DNA of 64,000 bases from Acetobacteraceae bacterium (GCA_965276665.1 OZ255620.1:2726291-2790290); one strand, 5' to 3'; positions 46,256-57,540 are shown, numbered from the stretch's first letter. Notes: a model not told the origin generated them from the letters alone. Numbers and translations are program-made.

Positions 46256-47725
46256 TCATCGCCGGGCCCGCGCGGCCACCGCCGCGCCGGCCTCGCGGTC
46301 GAGGCGGAGCGCGTCGAGCGAGACGAGCGCGGTGACGAGGGCGATCGCGGTCAGCGCGAGGTCGAAGGCGGCGCGTCCGGGCGGCCCGCCGCCATGCCCG
46401 ATCATCGCCAGGCGCAGCGCGAGCGCGCCCAGCGCGACGCCGAAGCCGATCCCGAGCTGGAAGGCGACGCTGAACATCGTGTTGGCCGAGCTCGTCCAGC
46501 GCTCCGGCACGTCGGCGAAGGCCAGCGTGTTGAACGCGGTGAACTGCATCGAGCGGGAGGCGCCGGAGACCACCAGCACCAGCAGGGTGAGCGGCGGCAG
46601 GCCGAGCGGGATCAGCACCGCGCAGGCCAGCATGCTCGCCGCCTGCACGAGCCCGCTCGCCACGATGGTGGCGCGGAAGCCGAAGCGGCGGAGCGTGCCG
46701 GAGGTGAAGGGCTTCATGCCGAGATTGCCGGCGAACAGCGCGAGCACCATCAGCCCGGCATGGAAGGCGTCCAGCCCGTAGCCGAGCTGGAACAGCAGCG
46801 GCAGCAGGAAGGGCATGGTGTTGATGAGGATCCGCATCGCCGAGCCGCCGATCATCACCGAGCGGAAAGTGGCCACGCCGAACGGCGCCAGGTCGAACAG
46901 CGGATGCTCGGCCCGGCGCAGATGCCGATGGAGCAGCGTCAGCAGCCCGCCGAGCGCGACGACCAGGGCCGCCGCCTGCCAGGCCGCCCCGCCCGCCTGC
47001 CCGAGACGGTCCAGCAGCAGGGTGGCGGAGAGGCAGGCTAGGCCGCCGAGCAGGAAGCCGGGCATGTCGAACGGCCGCCGCTCGCCCACCGTCGCGCGCG
47101 GCACCAGGCGGAGCGCGAGCAGGAAGGCGGCCGCGCCCAGCGGCACGTTGAGGAAGAAGATCCAGCGCCAGGACGCGTATTCGGCGAGGAAGCCGCCGAT
47201 CGGCGGCGCGATGATCGGGGCGGCGAGCCCCGGCCAGGTGAGCACCGCGATCGCGTCCATAAGCGCGTGTCTCGGCGTGGTGCGGAGCACGACGAGGCGG
47301 CCGACCGGCACCATCATCGCGCCGCCCACGCCTTGCAGCACCCGCGCGGCGACGAAGCCGAAGGCGGAGCCGGACAGGCCGCACAGCACCGAGCCCAGGG
47401 TGAAGACGATGATCGCGCTGGTGAAGACCGGACGCGCGCCGAAACGGTCCGCCGCCCAGCCGCTCGGCAGGATGAACACCGCGACGGTCAGCAGATAGGC
47501 GGAGATGCCGATATTGAGCGCCACCGCCGTGCTGTGCAGCGCCGGCGCCATCCGGGGCAGCGCGGTGGCGATGATCGAGCCGTCGAGGAATTCCATGAAA
47601 AAGGCGCCGCCGACCAGCAGCGCCAGCGGGCTCGGCCGCGTGCGGGTGCGGGGGGGTGGATCGGGGGGCCGCCTCGGGTCGGAGGGGGGCGCCGTCGGGG
47701 CGGGCTCCCCGTCGGCAGGGCCCAT
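46256..47725 (-). CDS. MFS transporter (DHA2/EmrB-like, ~14 TM)
   Basis: LPSGWAADRFGARPV MFS motif A; many TM segments; start at 47725 overlaps the yggS stop (TGATG). Confidence 0.85.
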   Translation of the reverse strand: MGPADGEPAPTAPPSDPRRPPDPPPRTRTRPSPLALLVGGAFFMEFLDGSIIATALPRMAPALHSTAVALNIGISAYLLTVAVFILPSGWAADRFGARPVFTSAIIVFTLGSVLCGLSGSAFGFVAARVLQGVGGAMMVPVGRLVVLRTTPRHALMDAIAVLTWPGLAAPIIAPPIGGFLAEYASWRWIFFLNVPLGAAAFLLALRLVPRATVGERRPFDMPGFLLGGLACLSATLLLDRLGQAGGAAWQAAALVVALGGLLTLLHRHLRRAEHPLFDLAPFGVATFRSVMIGGSAMRILINTMPFLLPLLFQLGYGLDAFHAGLMVLALFAGNLGMKPFTSGTLRRFGFRATIVASGLVQAASMLACAVLIPLGLPPLTLLVLVVSGASRSMQFTAFNTLAFADVPERWTSSANTMFSVAFQLGIGFGVALGALALRLAMIGHGGGPPGRAAFDLALTAIALVTALVSLDALRLDREAGAAVAARARR

Positions 47726-48429
47726 CAGCGCGCCCCGAAGATCGCGCTGCCCACGCGCACCAGGGTGGCGCCTTGCGCGATCGCGATCTCGAAATCGGCG
47801 GACATCCCCATCGAGATGGTGGGCAGGCCGTGCCTTGCGGCGCGATCGGCGAGCCAGGCGAAATGCGGCGCCGGGTCCTGATCCTGCGGCGGCACGCACA
47901 TCAGGCCCCGCAGCGCCGCGCCGAAACGCGCGCGGCAGGCGGCGACGAAATCATCGGTCTCGTCGCGGGCGACGCCGGCCTTCTGCGCCTCGCCGCCGAC
48001 ATTCACCTCGATCAGCAATTCCGGAAATTCGCGCGCGCTTCCGGCGGCCACCTCCTTAGCGGCGGCCTCGGCGAGCGCCTCGGCCAGGCGCGGGCGGTCG
48101 AGGCTCTCGATCATGTCGGCGATCCGGATGGCATCGCGTGCCTTGTTGGTCTGCAATCCGCCGATCACGTGCAGCCGGAGCGCCGGGTTCGCCGCCCGCA
48201 GGGGCGGGAATTTCGCCGCCGCCTCCTGCACCCGGTTCTCGCCGAACACGGTCTGGCCGGCCGCGATGGCCGCCGCGACCGCCTCGGCCGGATGGGTTTT
48301 CGACACCGCGACGAGGGTGATGTCCGCTTGCCGCCGCCCGGCCTTTGCCGCGGCATTGGCGATGCGCTCGCGCACCCGCGCGAGCCGGTCTGCGATGATG
48401 GCGGGTTGCGGGGCGAGCGGATCGGACAT
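47725..48429 (-). CDS. yggS: YggS-family pyridoxal-phosphate homeostasis protein
   Basis: LVAVSKTHP (PLP Lys), FGENRVQE, HVIGGLQTNK and MGMSADFEIAI motifs. Confidence 0.9.
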   Translation of the reverse strand: MSDPLAPQPAIIADRLARVRERIANAAAKAGRRQADITLVAVSKTHPAEAVAAAIAAGQTVFGENRVQEAAAKFPPLRAANPALRLHVIGGLQTNKARDAIRIADMIESLDRPRLAEALAEAAAKEVAAGSAREFPELLIEVNVGGEAQKAGVARDETDDFVAACRARFGAALRGLMCVPPQDQDPAPHFAWLADRAARHGLPTISMGMSADFEIAIAQGATLVRVGSAIFGAR

Positions 48430-48754
48430 CGGCGAGAAGCTGACGGTGGCGATGGCGAGCGTCAACCCGCCCGGACGCGTCTCCACGGGCGAGTAACAAG
48501 ACCCAATTGCGGCAGCGAATCTGCCACAGTGCGGGATCGTTTCTGTTGCTTTGGCGCCACAGTGTTCCGGAATGGCCAGTCACGCGGGGTTGTTGCTGTT
48601 GCGGGGCACGCAACGCTTCCGCAATAGTCTCGGCAGGTCTGGCAGCCCGCTCAAAGGGGGAAGGCCGTTTCGGTGCAAGCCGGAGCGGAGTTCCGGGGGG
48701 TGACAGCGGGACCTTCGGTCGGCCGGGTCACACCGGCCTTTTAAGGAGGATTGA

Positions 48755-50281
48755 ATGCGCAAGCTTCTGCTGGCCGGTGTGGCCGCGCTCAGCGCTTCTG
48801 CTGGCATGGCGGGTTACGCCAGCGCCCAGACTAGCATCTTGTCGGAGAACCCGAACGCGCCACAGCCGGCGCCGCAGCTCTTCGAGCGCAAGGGTGCCTA
48901 TCCGGGCGTCGACACCTACGCGCCGCCGACGATCAAGCAATCGACGCCGGAGCCGGCGCCGGGGCAGATGATCGTCCGCCTGCAGGGCCTGGTCGAAGTT
49001 GATCAGCAATTCACCCAGAACGGCGAGGCGGGCACCCCGCCGCCGGCGGGCAGCCCGCCCGGCACCGGCGGCAGCAAGCTCGCCAATTACGCGACCTACT
49101 CCTTCGCCCGCCTCTACCCGAGCCTCGAGGGCCGGGCGACGAACGGGCTGAAATACGGCGCCTTCGCCGAAATCCGGCAGGACAACAGCCAGGGCACCGG
49201 CGCCGGCGGCGGGCTCTACGGCTCGCCTTCCGGCACCGACCAGCGCCGCGGCGAGCTCTACTGGCGGCGCGAATACGGGTATTTCGGCACCGATCAGCTC
49301 GGCATCATCCGCGTCGGCGCCGGCGACCAGCCGACCAGCCTGTTCCTGACCGGCAACATGGAAAACTTCGACGCCGGCGGCTGGAACGGCGACTTGCCCG
49401 ACACGATGTCGAGCTCGCTGATCGTGAGCTGGCCGTTCGAGGATGTCGGCAGCCTCTATTCGACCGAGAAGGTGGTCTATCTGTCGCCGCAATTCGCCGG
49501 GTTCGATTTCGGCGTGTCCTATGAGCCCTCGACGGCGGCGGTCGGCGCCGGGACGGGCTGCGCGACGGTGCCGTACGGCGCGACCACGCTGACCGGCGGC
49601 TCCACGGCGGGCGCGACGGCAGGCTGCACCGATCTCTCCTCGACCGGTGTGGCGAGCGAGCTGTCGCGGCGGCGCAACACCTTCGACGGCGTGCTCCGCT
49701 ATCGCGCCGCGTTCGGTCCGTTGGGGATCGCGGCGACCGCCGGCGGCATGGTGAGCAGCAAGGTCGCCAACTCGAACAACCAGCAGACCTACACTGGCAT
49801 CAACTACAAGGACATGACGGTCGCCGATTTCGGCGCCACCATCACCTATGCCGGACTGATCGTCGGTGGTCACTTGGACTTCGGCGCCTACAACCCGTTC
49901 CGGCAGTTCTCGCAGCTGACGCCGGACGGCGTGGGCAACGGCCTCGCCTATGTGGTGGGCGCCTCCTACCAGCCTGCGCCGCCGTTCATCTTCGGCGCGC
50001 ATTACCTGAGCGATTGGGGCGCGGGCAACGAGACGGCGCTGAACAAGGCGACGGTGGGCGAGCTCAACGAGCAGGGCGTCGCGATCGGGGCGACCTACTC
50101 GATCACGCCGGGCTTCAACCTGTTCCTTTCGGGGATTTGGGGCCAGCGCAAGGAAAGCGGGTTCAACCTCGTCCAGGGCTCGGCGACGAGCACGGGTCCG
50201 GTGGGGTCCGGCCTGAACGCGCTCGACCACAACAAGACCACGACCTACGCGCTCGGCCTCGGCGAGGCCTTCCACTGGTGA
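48755..50281 (+). CDS. Outer-membrane porin (alphaproteobacterial porin family)
   Basis: Signal peptide MRKLLLAGVAALSASAGMAGYASA; beta-strand-rich Gly/Tyr composition; terminal aromatic residue (HW). Confidence 0.8.
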   Translation: MRKLLLAGVAALSASAGMAGYASAQTSILSENPNAPQPAPQLFERKGAYPGVDTYAPPTIKQSTPEPAPGQMIVRLQGLVEVDQQFTQNGEAGTPPPAGSPPGTGGSKLANYATYSFARLYPSLEGRATNGLKYGAFAEIRQDNSQGTGAGGGLYGSPSGTDQRRGELYWRREYGYFGTDQLGIIRVGAGDQPTSLFLTGNMENFDAGGWNGDLPDTMSSSLIVSWPFEDVGSLYSTEKVVYLSPQFAGFDFGVSYEPSTAAVGAGTGCATVPYGATTLTGGSTAGATAGCTDLSSTGVASELSRRRNTFDGVLRYRAAFGPLGIAATAGGMVSSKVANSNNQQTYTGINYKDMTVADFGATITYAGLIVGGHLDFGAYNPFRQFSQLTPDGVGNGLAYVVGASYQPAPPFIFGAHYLSDWGAGNETALNKATVGELNEQGVAIGATYSITPGFNLFLSGIWGQRKESGFNLVQGSATSTGPVGSGLNALDHNKTTTYALGLGEAFHW

Positions 50282-50307
50282 GACTGGGCTAGATCGCATC
50301 TGCGAAG

Positions 50308-50339
50308 GGGCGGCGGGGCAACCTGCCGCCCTTTCTTTT
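50308..50339 (+). terminator. Rho-independent terminator after the porin gene
   Basis: gggcggc-ggggcaacct-gccgccc followed by tttctttt. Confidence 0.6.
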
Positions 50340-50457
50340 GGTGCCTCCTCTTGGTATCGGGATTTTCTTGGCTTCGGTTTCGGCTTGCCTCGCACAATGC
50401 TTGGCGCGGCCGCCGCTTCGGGCTAGAGACATTGTTTCAACCGATTGACGGGCCGCC

Positions 50458-50973
50458 ATGTCTGCGCGTTCGCTGCTGATCCCCGCTTTCGTCCTGCTCG
50501 CCCTGTCCGGCTGCGGCCAGACACGCCCGGTGGCGGAGAACGAGTACAACGACCCCCGGTACCAGGGCGGCTCCTCGGGGTTGTTCAACAGCGAGATCGT
50601 CTCGGTCGGCGTGCGGAAGGACAACACCGCGAACGCCGATGCGGGGGGCGCCCTTGGCGTCAATGCCTATCTCTGGCGCGGGGCGCTCGACACGCTGTCC
50701 TTCATGCCGCTCGCCTCGGCCGACCCGTTCGGCGGGACGATCATCACCGACTGGTACCAGCCGCCGGCCTCGCCGAACGAGCGGTTCAAGGCCACCGCCT
50801 ATATCCTTGGCCGGCAGCTGCGGGCGGACGGCATCCGGATCGCGATCTTCCGGCAGGTGCAGCAGGATGGGCAGTGGATCGACCAGCCGGTGAGCCCGGC
50901 CACCACCGGCGATATCGAGAACAAGGTGTTGGCGCGGGCGCGCGAGTTGCGGGCGCAATCCGCCACCGGTTGA
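50458..50973 (+). CDS. DUF3576 domain lipoprotein
   Basis: Lipobox LALSGC; VNAYLWRGALDTLSFMPL motif; the usual neighbour upstream of leuS in alphaproteobacteria (recalled). Confidence 0.7.
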   Translation: MSARSLLIPAFVLLALSGCGQTRPVAENEYNDPRYQGGSSGLFNSEIVSVGVRKDNTANADAGGALGVNAYLWRGALDTLSFMPLASADPFGGTIITDWYQPPASPNERFKATAYILGRQLRADGIRIAIFRQVQQDGQWIDQPVSPATTGDIENKVLARARELRAQSATG

Positions 50974-51051
50974 ACTCCCACGCGGAGCCGTGCCGGGCCG
51001 CGGGTTTGCCGGGCCGTGTGTTTGCCAAGCCGCGTGCTTAATGGAACCAGG

Positions 51052-53679
51052 ATGAACGACATCGCGCAGGAGCGGGCGCCCCCCGCCGCCGGAGCACCCC
51101 GATACGATTTCCGCGAGGCGGAATCCCGTTGGCAGCGAATCTGGGAGGAGCGCGGCTGCTTCCAGGTGCCGGACGTGCCGGATGCGGCGGCGCGCCCTTA
51201 TTACGTGCTCGAGATGTTCCCCTATCCGAGCGGGAAGATCCATATGGGGCATGTGCGCAACTACACGCTCGGCGATGTGGTGGCACGCTACAAGCGCGCC
51301 CGCGGCTTCACCGTGCTGCACCCGATGGGGTGGGACGCGTTCGGCCTGCCGGCCGAGAACGCCGCGCGCGACCGGGGCATCCACCCGGCGAAATGGACCT
51401 GGAGCAACATCGCGGCGATGCGCGCCGAGCTGAAGCGCATGGGCCTCTCGCTCGACTGGCGGCGCGAGTTCGCGACCTGCGACCCGGCCTATTACGGCCA
51501 CCAGCAGAAGCTGTTCCTCGACATGTTCCGCGCCGGCCTCGCCGAGCGGAAGGAGAGCTGGGTGAACTGGGACCCGGTGGATGGCACCGTGCTCGCCAAC
51601 GAGCAGGTGATCGACGGCCGGGGCTGGCGCTCCGGCGCGCCGGTCGAGAAGAAGAAGCTGTCGCAATGGTTCCTGCGCATCACGCAATACGCGCCGGACC
51701 TGCTCGAGGCGCTCGGCAAGCTCGATCGCTGGCCCGCGCGGGTGCGGCAGATGCAGGCGAACTGGATCGGGCGGAGCGAAGGCGCGGAGCTGCGGTTCCG
51801 GCTGATCGTTCCCACCCGCGGCATCGATGGCGTCGAGGTCTACACCACGCGGCCGGACACGTTGTTCGGCATGTCCTTCCTCGCGGTCGCGCCCGAGCAT
51901 CCGCTGGCCGCCGCCTTGGCCGAGAAAGACGCGCGGGTCGCCGCCTTCATCGCGCAATGCCGCTCTCTCGGGACCAGCGAGGCGGCGATCGAGACGGCGG
52001 AGAAGCTCGGCTATGAGACCGGGCTGCGGGTGGCGCACCCATTTCTCAAAGGCGCGAGCTTCCCCGTCTGGATCGCGAATTTCGTGCTGATGGAGTATGG
52101 CGCCGGGGCGATCTTCGGGTGCCCCGCGCATGACCAGCGCGATTTCGCGTTCGCCCGGAAATATGCCCTGCCGATCCCGCCCGTGGTGCTGCCGCCGGGC
52201 GCCGATCCGGCGCAGTTCGCCATCGGCAAAGCCGCCTATGACGGGCCAGGGACTCTCTTCAACTCCGAGTTTCTCGACGGGCTCGATATCGCGGAGGCCA
52301 AGCGCCGCGCGATCGCGGCCCTTGAGCGGTCCGGCGACGGCAAGGGCGTGATCCGCTGGCGGTTGCGCGACTGGGGGGTCAGCCGGCAACGCTACTGGGG
52401 CTGTCCGATCCCGATCATTCATTGCGGCCGGTGCGGCGTGGTGCCGGTGCCGGATGAGGCGCTGCCGGTGCGCCTGCCGGATGACGTGGATTTCAGCAAG
52501 CCGGGCAATCCGCTCGACAACCATCCGAGCTGGAAGCACGTCGCCTGCCCGCAATGCGGCAGCGCCGCGCGGCGCGAGACCGACACGTTCGACACCTTCG
52601 TCGACAGCTCCTGGTACTTCGCCCGGTTCTGCAGCCCGGGCGCCGCGTTGCCGGTGGAGCGGGCGGCGGTGGATCGCTGGCTCCCGGTCGATCAGTATAT
52701 TGGCGGGATCGAGCATGCGATCCTGCATCTCCTCTACTCGCGCTTCTTCGTGCGCGCGATGCGGAGCACCGGTCATCTCGGCATCGAGGAACCGTTCGCG
52801 GGCCTGTTCACCCAGGGCATGGTGACCCATGAGAGCTATCGCGGCGCGAGCGGCGCGTGGCTCTACCCGGAGGAGGTGGAGCGCGGGGCCGAGGGCGCGC
52901 GGCATCGCGACACCGGCGAGGCGGTGACGGTCGGCCGCGCCGAGAAGATGTCGAAGAGCAAGAACAACACGGTCGATCCCGGCGCGATCATCGGCCAGTT
53001 CGGCGCGGACACCGCGCGCTGGTTCATCCTCTCCGACAATCCGCCCGACCGCGACATGGAATGGACGGAGGCCGGCGTCGCCGGCGCGCACCGCTTCACC
53101 CAGCGCCTGTTCCGCATGATCGAGGCCATCGCGGCCCTGCCCGACGCGGCGGCGCGCGAGGAGCCGGCGGCCCTCGCGCTTCGGCAGGCGACGCACCGGA
53201 CCATCAACCAGGTGACGGAGGCGTTGGAGGGCTTTGCGTTCAACGTCGCGGTCGCGCGGCTCTACGAGCTCTCGAACGCGCTGGCCGACGCCGAGCGGCA
53301 GGCGGTGTCGGACGTGCCCGGTCTCGATTTCGCGCGCCGCGAAGCCGGAAGAATGCTCGCGCGTCTGGTCGCGCCGATGATGCCGCATCTGGCCGAGGAG
53401 GCCTGGTCGCTGCTCTCGCCGAGCTCGGCCGGGCTCGTGGTCGATCAGCCCTGGCCGCAAGCGGATCCGGCGCTCGCGGCGGCGCAGCGCGTGACGATCG
53501 CGATCCAGATCATGGGCAAGCTGCGCGGGACGCTCGACATGCCGCCCGATACACCGGAGGCCGAGGTGCTGGCGGCTGCCTCAGCGGAACCCAACGTGGC
53601 GCGGCTGCTCGAAGGGCGTCGCGTGGTGAAGCGGGTGCACGTGCCGAACCGTGTGGTCAATTTCGTGGTCGCCGGCTGA
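51052..53679 (+). CDS. leuS: Leucine--tRNA ligase
   Basis: [15 protein letters not shown] (HIGH) and KMSKSKNN (KMSKS) motifs; 875 aa. Confidence 0.97.
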   Translation: MNDIAQERAPPAAGAPRYDFREAESRWQRIWEERGCFQVPDVPDAAARPYYVLEMFPYPSGKIHMGHVRNYTLGDVVARYKRARGFTVLHPMGWDAFGLPAENAARDRGIHPAKWTWSNIAAMRAELKRMGLSLDWRREFATCDPAYYGHQQKLFLDMFRAGLAERKESWVNWDPVDGTVLANEQVIDGRGWRSGAPVEKKKLSQWFLRITQYAPDLLEALGKLDRWPARVRQMQANWIGRSEGAELRFRLIVPTRGIDGVEVYTTRPDTLFGMSFLAVAPEHPLAAALAEKDARVAAFIAQCRSLGTSEAAIETAEKLGYETGLRVAHPFLKGASFPVWIANFVLMEYGAGAIFGCPAHDQRDFAFARKYALPIPPVVLPPGADPAQFAIGKAAYDGPGTLFNSEFLDGLDIAEAKRRAIAALERSGDGKGVIRWRLRDWGVSRQRYWGCPIPIIHCGRCGVVPVPDEALPVRLPDDVDFSKPGNPLDNHPSWKHVACPQCGSAARRETDTFDTFVDSSWYFARFCSPGAALPVERAAVDRWLPVDQYIGGIEHAILHLLYSRFFVRAMRSTGHLGIEEPFAGLFTQGMVTHESYRGASGAWLYPEEVERGAEGARHRDTGEAVTVGRAEKMSKSKNNTVDPGAIIGQFGADTARWFILSDNPPDRDMEWTEAGVAGAHRFTQRLFRMIEAIAALPDAAAREEPAALALRQATHRTINQVTEALEGFAFNVAVARLYELSNALADAERQAVSDVPGLDFARREAGRMLARLVAPMMPHLAEEAWSLLSPSSAGLVVDQPWPQADPALAAAQRVTIAIQIMGKLRGTLDMPPDTPEAEVLAAASAEPNVARLLEGRRVVKRVHVPNRVVNFVVAG

Positions 53680-54207
53680 ATGCGCCGCCGGGCGCTGCTC
53701 CAGCTGGCCGTGCTCGGCCTGTCCGGGTGCGGCTTCAGCCCGCTCTATGAAACGAGAGCGGACGGCAAGCCGAATGCGGTGCAGAGCGATCTCGCGGCGA
53801 TCGAGGTGCCGATTCTGCCGGACCGCAACGGCCAGCTCATGCGGCAAGCGCTCCAGCAGCGCCTGGACGGGCCGGGCTATGACATCCCGAAGCGGTATCG
53901 CCTGATCGTCGGCTGGGGGATCGCGGCCGAGGGGCTGGTCATCGAGCCCGACAGCTCGGTCTCGCGGGTGCGCCTGAACGGCAGCGGCTCCTGGACCCTG
54001 GTCTCTCTCGCACCGAATACCCCGGTGCTGGCAAACGGCACGTCGCGCGCGCTCGACGGGTATAATCCGATTTCCAATCAGAGCTTTGCCGCCGACGAGG
54101 AGACCGAGGCGATCACCCGTCGCATGGCGGATCGCCTGGCGGACCAGATCGTGCAGCAGGTCGCGGCGTATTTCGCCAAGCAAACGCCGGCGACGGTTCA
54201 TTCGTGA
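53680..54207 (+). CDS. lptE: LPS-assembly lipoprotein LptE
   Basis: Lipobox LGLSGCGF; conserved position between leuS and holA. Confidence 0.75.
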   Translation: MRRRALLQLAVLGLSGCGFSPLYETRADGKPNAVQSDLAAIEVPILPDRNGQLMRQALQQRLDGPGYDIPKRYRLIVGWGIAAEGLVIEPDSSVSRVRLNGSGSWTLVSLAPNTPVLANGTSRALDGYNPISNQSFAADEETEAITRRMADRLADQIVQQVAAYFAKQTPATVHS

Positions 54208-55223
54208 AGCTGGACGCGCGCCGGGTTGCGCGATTTCTCGACGACCCCGGCCCATGCCGCTTCGTCCTGCTGCATGGCGAGGATGCCGGGCTGATCCGGG
54301 AGCGCGCCGAGACGCTCTCTGCCGCGATTCTCGACGCGCAGGACGATCCGTTTCGCCTCGTGCGGCTGACGCGCGAGGAAACGTCCCGGCTGGCTGAGGA
54401 GGCGCAGGCGCTTTCGCTGGTCGGCGGCCGGCGGGTGGTGCGGTTGCGGGAGGCGGGCGATGCCGCGCTGCCGCAGGTGCAGGCCGCCGCCGCCGCGCCG
54501 GGAGATTCGCTGGTGATCCTGGAGGCGCCGGGTCTCCCTGGGCGGTCGAAACTTCGGAGTTTCATCGAGGGCCTCGCGGAGGGGGCGGCGATCGCCTGCT
54601 ATCCCGAAGAGGGCCGCGCGCTCGACGACGCCATCCGGGCCGTGCTGGCGGCCGATGCCATATCGGTGGCTCCGGACGCGCTCGATTGGCTGCGGGACCA
54701 TCTCGGCGCCGATCACGCCCATACCCGCGCCGAACTCGAGAAGCTCGCTCTGTATGTCGGGTCGAGCGGCGAGGTGGATGTTGCGGCCGCCGAAGCCTGC
54801 ATCGGGGAAGCGGCGTCCCTGTCCGTCGAGGATGCGGTGTTCGCGGCGGTGACCGGAGAGGTGGCGGCCGCGGACCGCGCACTGGCCGTGGCCTTTGCGG
54901 AAGGCGCGGCTCCGGTCTCGATCCTGCGGATCATGATGCAGAACCTGCAACGCCTGCACCGCGCCCGGCTCTCCATGGAGGAAACCGGCGCCCGCGCGGC
55001 CGATGCCGCACGGCAGGCACGGCCGCCGATCTTCTTTCGCCGGCTTCCGGCCTTTACCGGGGCGCTGTCGGCGTGGTCGGGACGGTCCTTGCTGCGGGCG
55101 CTGACCTTGTGTTCGGAAACCGAACTCGCCTGCAAGCGCACTGGGTCGCCGGATGTGACGCTCTGCCAGCAACTCGTCGGCCAGATCGCCCGCCAGGCGG
55201 CAATGTTGCGGCGGAGGAACTAA
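54204..55223 (+). CDS. holA: DNA polymerase III subunit delta
   Basis: 339 aa; conserved position and length; GTG start overlapping the lptE stop. Confidence 0.8.
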   Translation: MKLDARRVARFLDDPGPCRFVLLHGEDAGLIRERAETLSAAILDAQDDPFRLVRLTREETSRLAEEAQALSLVGGRRVVRLREAGDAALPQVQAAAAAPGDSLVILEAPGLPGRSKLRSFIEGLAEGAAIACYPEEGRALDDAIRAVLAADAISVAPDALDWLRDHLGADHAHTRAELEKLALYVGSSGEVDVAAAEACIGEAASLSVEDAVFAAVTGEVAAADRALAVAFAEGAAPVSILRIMMQNLQRLHRARLSMEETGARAADAARQARPPIFFRRLPAFTGALSAWSGRSLLRALTLCSETELACKRTGSPDVTLCQQLVGQIARQAAMLRRRN

Positions 55224-55247
55224 TCGCTTCGGCGGCGGCAGGCCGGA

Positions 55248-56126
55248 TCAGCGTGCCTCTGTGGTGAGCAGCGTGATCAGCCCGTCGAGCTGGTCGAAGG
55301 TGCGAAACCGGATCGAGAGCGAACCACCCTGCGCGTCCCGCAGGATCTGCACGCGGAGACCCAGGCGCTCCGAGAGATCACGCTCCACCGCTTCGGTCTC
55401 GGGATCCCGGTCCGCGCGCCGGCGATCCGGCGCGGAGCCCTCTCGCGCGGCGAGATCTCCGCGCTGCACAAGCGCTTCGGTCTGGCGGACGTTGAGGCCG
55501 CGGGCGATCACCTCGCGCGCGGCGGTCTCCGGCATGGCGTGGCTGAGCAGCGCCCGCGCATGGCCCGAGGTGAGGCGGCCCTGTTCGAGCTCATGGCGCA
55601 CGCTTGCGGGGAGGGAGAGAAGGCGCAGGGAATTGGCCACATGGCTGCGAGACTTGCCGATGGCCTGACCGAGCTGCTCCTGCGTCAGGCCGAATTCGTC
55701 GATGAGCCGGCGATACCCTTCCGCTTCCTCGATCGCATTGAGATCCTGGCGCTGCAGGTTCTCGACGAGGGCGGCGCCCATCGCTTCCGCATCGGAGAAA
55801 TCCCGAAGCAAAACAGGGATCTCGTGCAGGCTCGCCTGTTGGGAGGCGCGCCAGCGGCGTTCACCCGCGATGATTTCGTAGCGGCCTGGCTGGTGCGGAT
55901 GACGGCGGACGAGGATCGGCTGCAGCACACCATGCGCGCGGATCGAGCTGACCAGCTCCTCGAGGAGTTCCGGCGCCATGTCGCGTCGCGGCTGAAACGG
56001 GCCGGGATCAAGCAGGTCGAGCGGCAAAGCCTGGCTGCCGGGGTGACTGCCGGTGCTCGCATTCGGTTCACCGAGCAGGGCTGCCAAACCGCGGCCGAGC
56101 CGCGGTGAGGTGGATTTCGGGCTCAT
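55248..56126 (-). CDS. parB: Chromosome partitioning protein ParB
   Basis: LGRGLAALL, QPRR, IIAGERRWRA and HTH region motifs. Confidence 0.95.
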   Translation of the reverse strand: MSPKSTSPRLGRGLAALLGEPNASTGSHPGSQALPLDLLDPGPFQPRRDMAPELLEELVSSIRAHGVLQPILVRRHPHQPGRYEIIAGERRWRASQQASLHEIPVLLRDFSDAEAMGAALVENLQRQDLNAIEEAEGYRRLIDEFGLTQEQLGQAIGKSRSHVANSLRLLSLPASVRHELEQGRLTSGHARALLSHAMPETAAREVIARGLNVRQTEALVQRGDLAAREGSAPDRRRADRDPETEAVERDLSERLGLRVQILRDAQGGSLSIRFRTFDQLDGLITLLTTEAR

Positions 56127-56929
56127 CGCGCCCGCGCCCCGACGCCCAACTCTCGGGCGAGCACCTCGTCGGCGAGGCGGATATAGGCCTGGGAACCGGC
56201 AGATCGGGCGTCGTAAAGCAGCACCGGCTGCCCGTGGCTTGGGGCTTCTGAGATGCGGATGTTCCTTGGGATCATCGTCTCATAGACCTGATCCCCGAAG
56301 AAGCTGCGGGCGTCCGATGCGACGAGATCCGAGAGATTGTTCCGCCTATCAAACATTGTCAGCACGATCCCTTGCAGCTTCAGCTCCGGGTTCAATCCAC
56401 GCTTCACCCGGTCGATGGTGCGAACAAGCTGGCTGATTCCCTCGAGAGCATAGAACTCGCATTGAAGCGGCACGAGAACCGATTGGGCGGCCACCAGGCC
56501 GTTCAGCGTCAGCAATCCAAGGCTGGGCGGGCAATCGATCAGGACGAATTCATACGCCGATTCGGCCGCGAGAGCGCCGAGCGCGCGCCGCAACCGGTGT
56601 TCTCGGAAATCCAGCGCGACCAGCTCGACTTCAGCGCCGGCAAGGTCGGGATCCGCGGGGACGATATCGAGGCCAGGAATGGCCGTTTGGGCCATCACGT
56701 CTTGCAGCGGAAAATCGTTGACGAGCACAGCATAAATGCCCGGCCCGGCTTGGCGATCGATGCCGAAGCCGGTGGACGCGTTGCCTTGCGGATCGAGGTC
56801 GATAAGCAGGGTTCGCTTGCCGACGGCGGCCAGTGCCGCCGCAAGGTTGACGGCCGTGGTCGTCTTTCCCACCCCGCCCTTCTGATTGGCGATGGCGATG
56901 ATGCGGCGAGATGGTGTTGGTTCAGGCAC
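56123..56929 (-). CDS. parA: Chromosome partitioning ATPase ParA
   Basis: IAIANQKGGVGKTTTAVNL deviant Walker A. Confidence 0.95.
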   Translation of the reverse strand: MPEPTPSRRIIAIANQKGGVGKTTTAVNLAAALAAVGKRTLLIDLDPQGNASTGFGIDRQAGPGIYAVLVNDFPLQDVMAQTAIPGLDIVPADPDLAGAEVELVALDFREHRLRRALGALAAESAYEFVLIDCPPSLGLLTLNGLVAAQSVLVPLQCEFYALEGISQLVRTIDRVKRGLNPELKLQGIVLTMFDRRNNLSDLVASDARSFFGDQVYETMIPRNIRISEAPSHGQPVLLYDARSAGSQAYIRLADEVLARELGVGARAR

Positions 56930-57500
56930 GGGAGATGCCGGAAATGTGGAGAATTTGGCCAGTGGGATCGGTGCGGCTTGGGGTGATCGTCACATGCATG
57001 TCCCAATATTGTTTTGCCGCGACCAACTCGGCCGCCGCGGTTGCCCCTTTGAGAAAGAGGCAAGAGCCACCAGGCAGGAGAAGCGGCTCTGCGTAGCCCA
57101 GGAGCGTGTCGAGCGGCGCCAACGCCCGAGCGGTGACGAGAGACGTGGGAGATGCCGCGGCCTTCTCTGCCCTCTCTGCCCTGATTTCCGCCTCGATTCC
57201 GGTCGTGCGGGCGGCCTCTCGCAAAAAGCTCGCCTTGCGATGATCGGATTCGATCAGGATGACCGAGAGGCTGCCTGCAATAGCGAGCGGGAGTGCAGGA
57301 ATGCCGCCACCACTGCCGAGATCGATGAAGGATTTGCTATCGGCGCTGATGAGGGGCAGCAATTGAAGGGCGTCCAAGATGTGCCGCGACCATATACGCT
57401 CACGATCCCGTGTTGACACGAGATTGACTTTCGCGTTCCATCTGCGCAGCAGCGACGCATACTCGGCCAGACGCGCAATTGTTTCACGTGAAACAAGCAA
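56922..57500 (-). CDS. rsmG: 16S rRNA (guanine527-N7)-methyltransferase
   Basis: DLGSGGGIPALPLAI SAM motif; N-terminal MLVSRET encoded by the parS sequence. Confidence 0.9.
   Translation of the reverse strand: MLVSRETIARLAEYASLLRRWNAKVNLVSTRDRERIWSRHILDALQLLPLISADSKSFIDLGSGGGIPALPLAIAGSLSVILIESDHRKASFLREAARTTGIEAEIRAERAEKAAASPTSLVTARALAPLDTLLGYAEPLLLPGGSCLFLKGATAAAELVAAKQYWDMHVTITPSRTDPTGQILHISGISRA
57480..57495. promoter_or_regulatory. parS centromere site (perfect TGTTTCACGTGAAACA palindrome)
   Basis: Exact 16-bp consensus, read directly; lies in the first codons of rsmG. Confidence 0.9.
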
Positions 57501-57540
57501 CCCCGCCAGCGAGGCGGCTATCTCGGGATCGCTGGGTGCT

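Noticed and set aside
50437-53460. 1007-aa ORF on the minus strand
   Set aside because: Fully antisense to leuS, which has unambiguous HIGH/KMSKS motifs. The composition is Arg/Gly/Ala/Pro-rich, so it is spurious.
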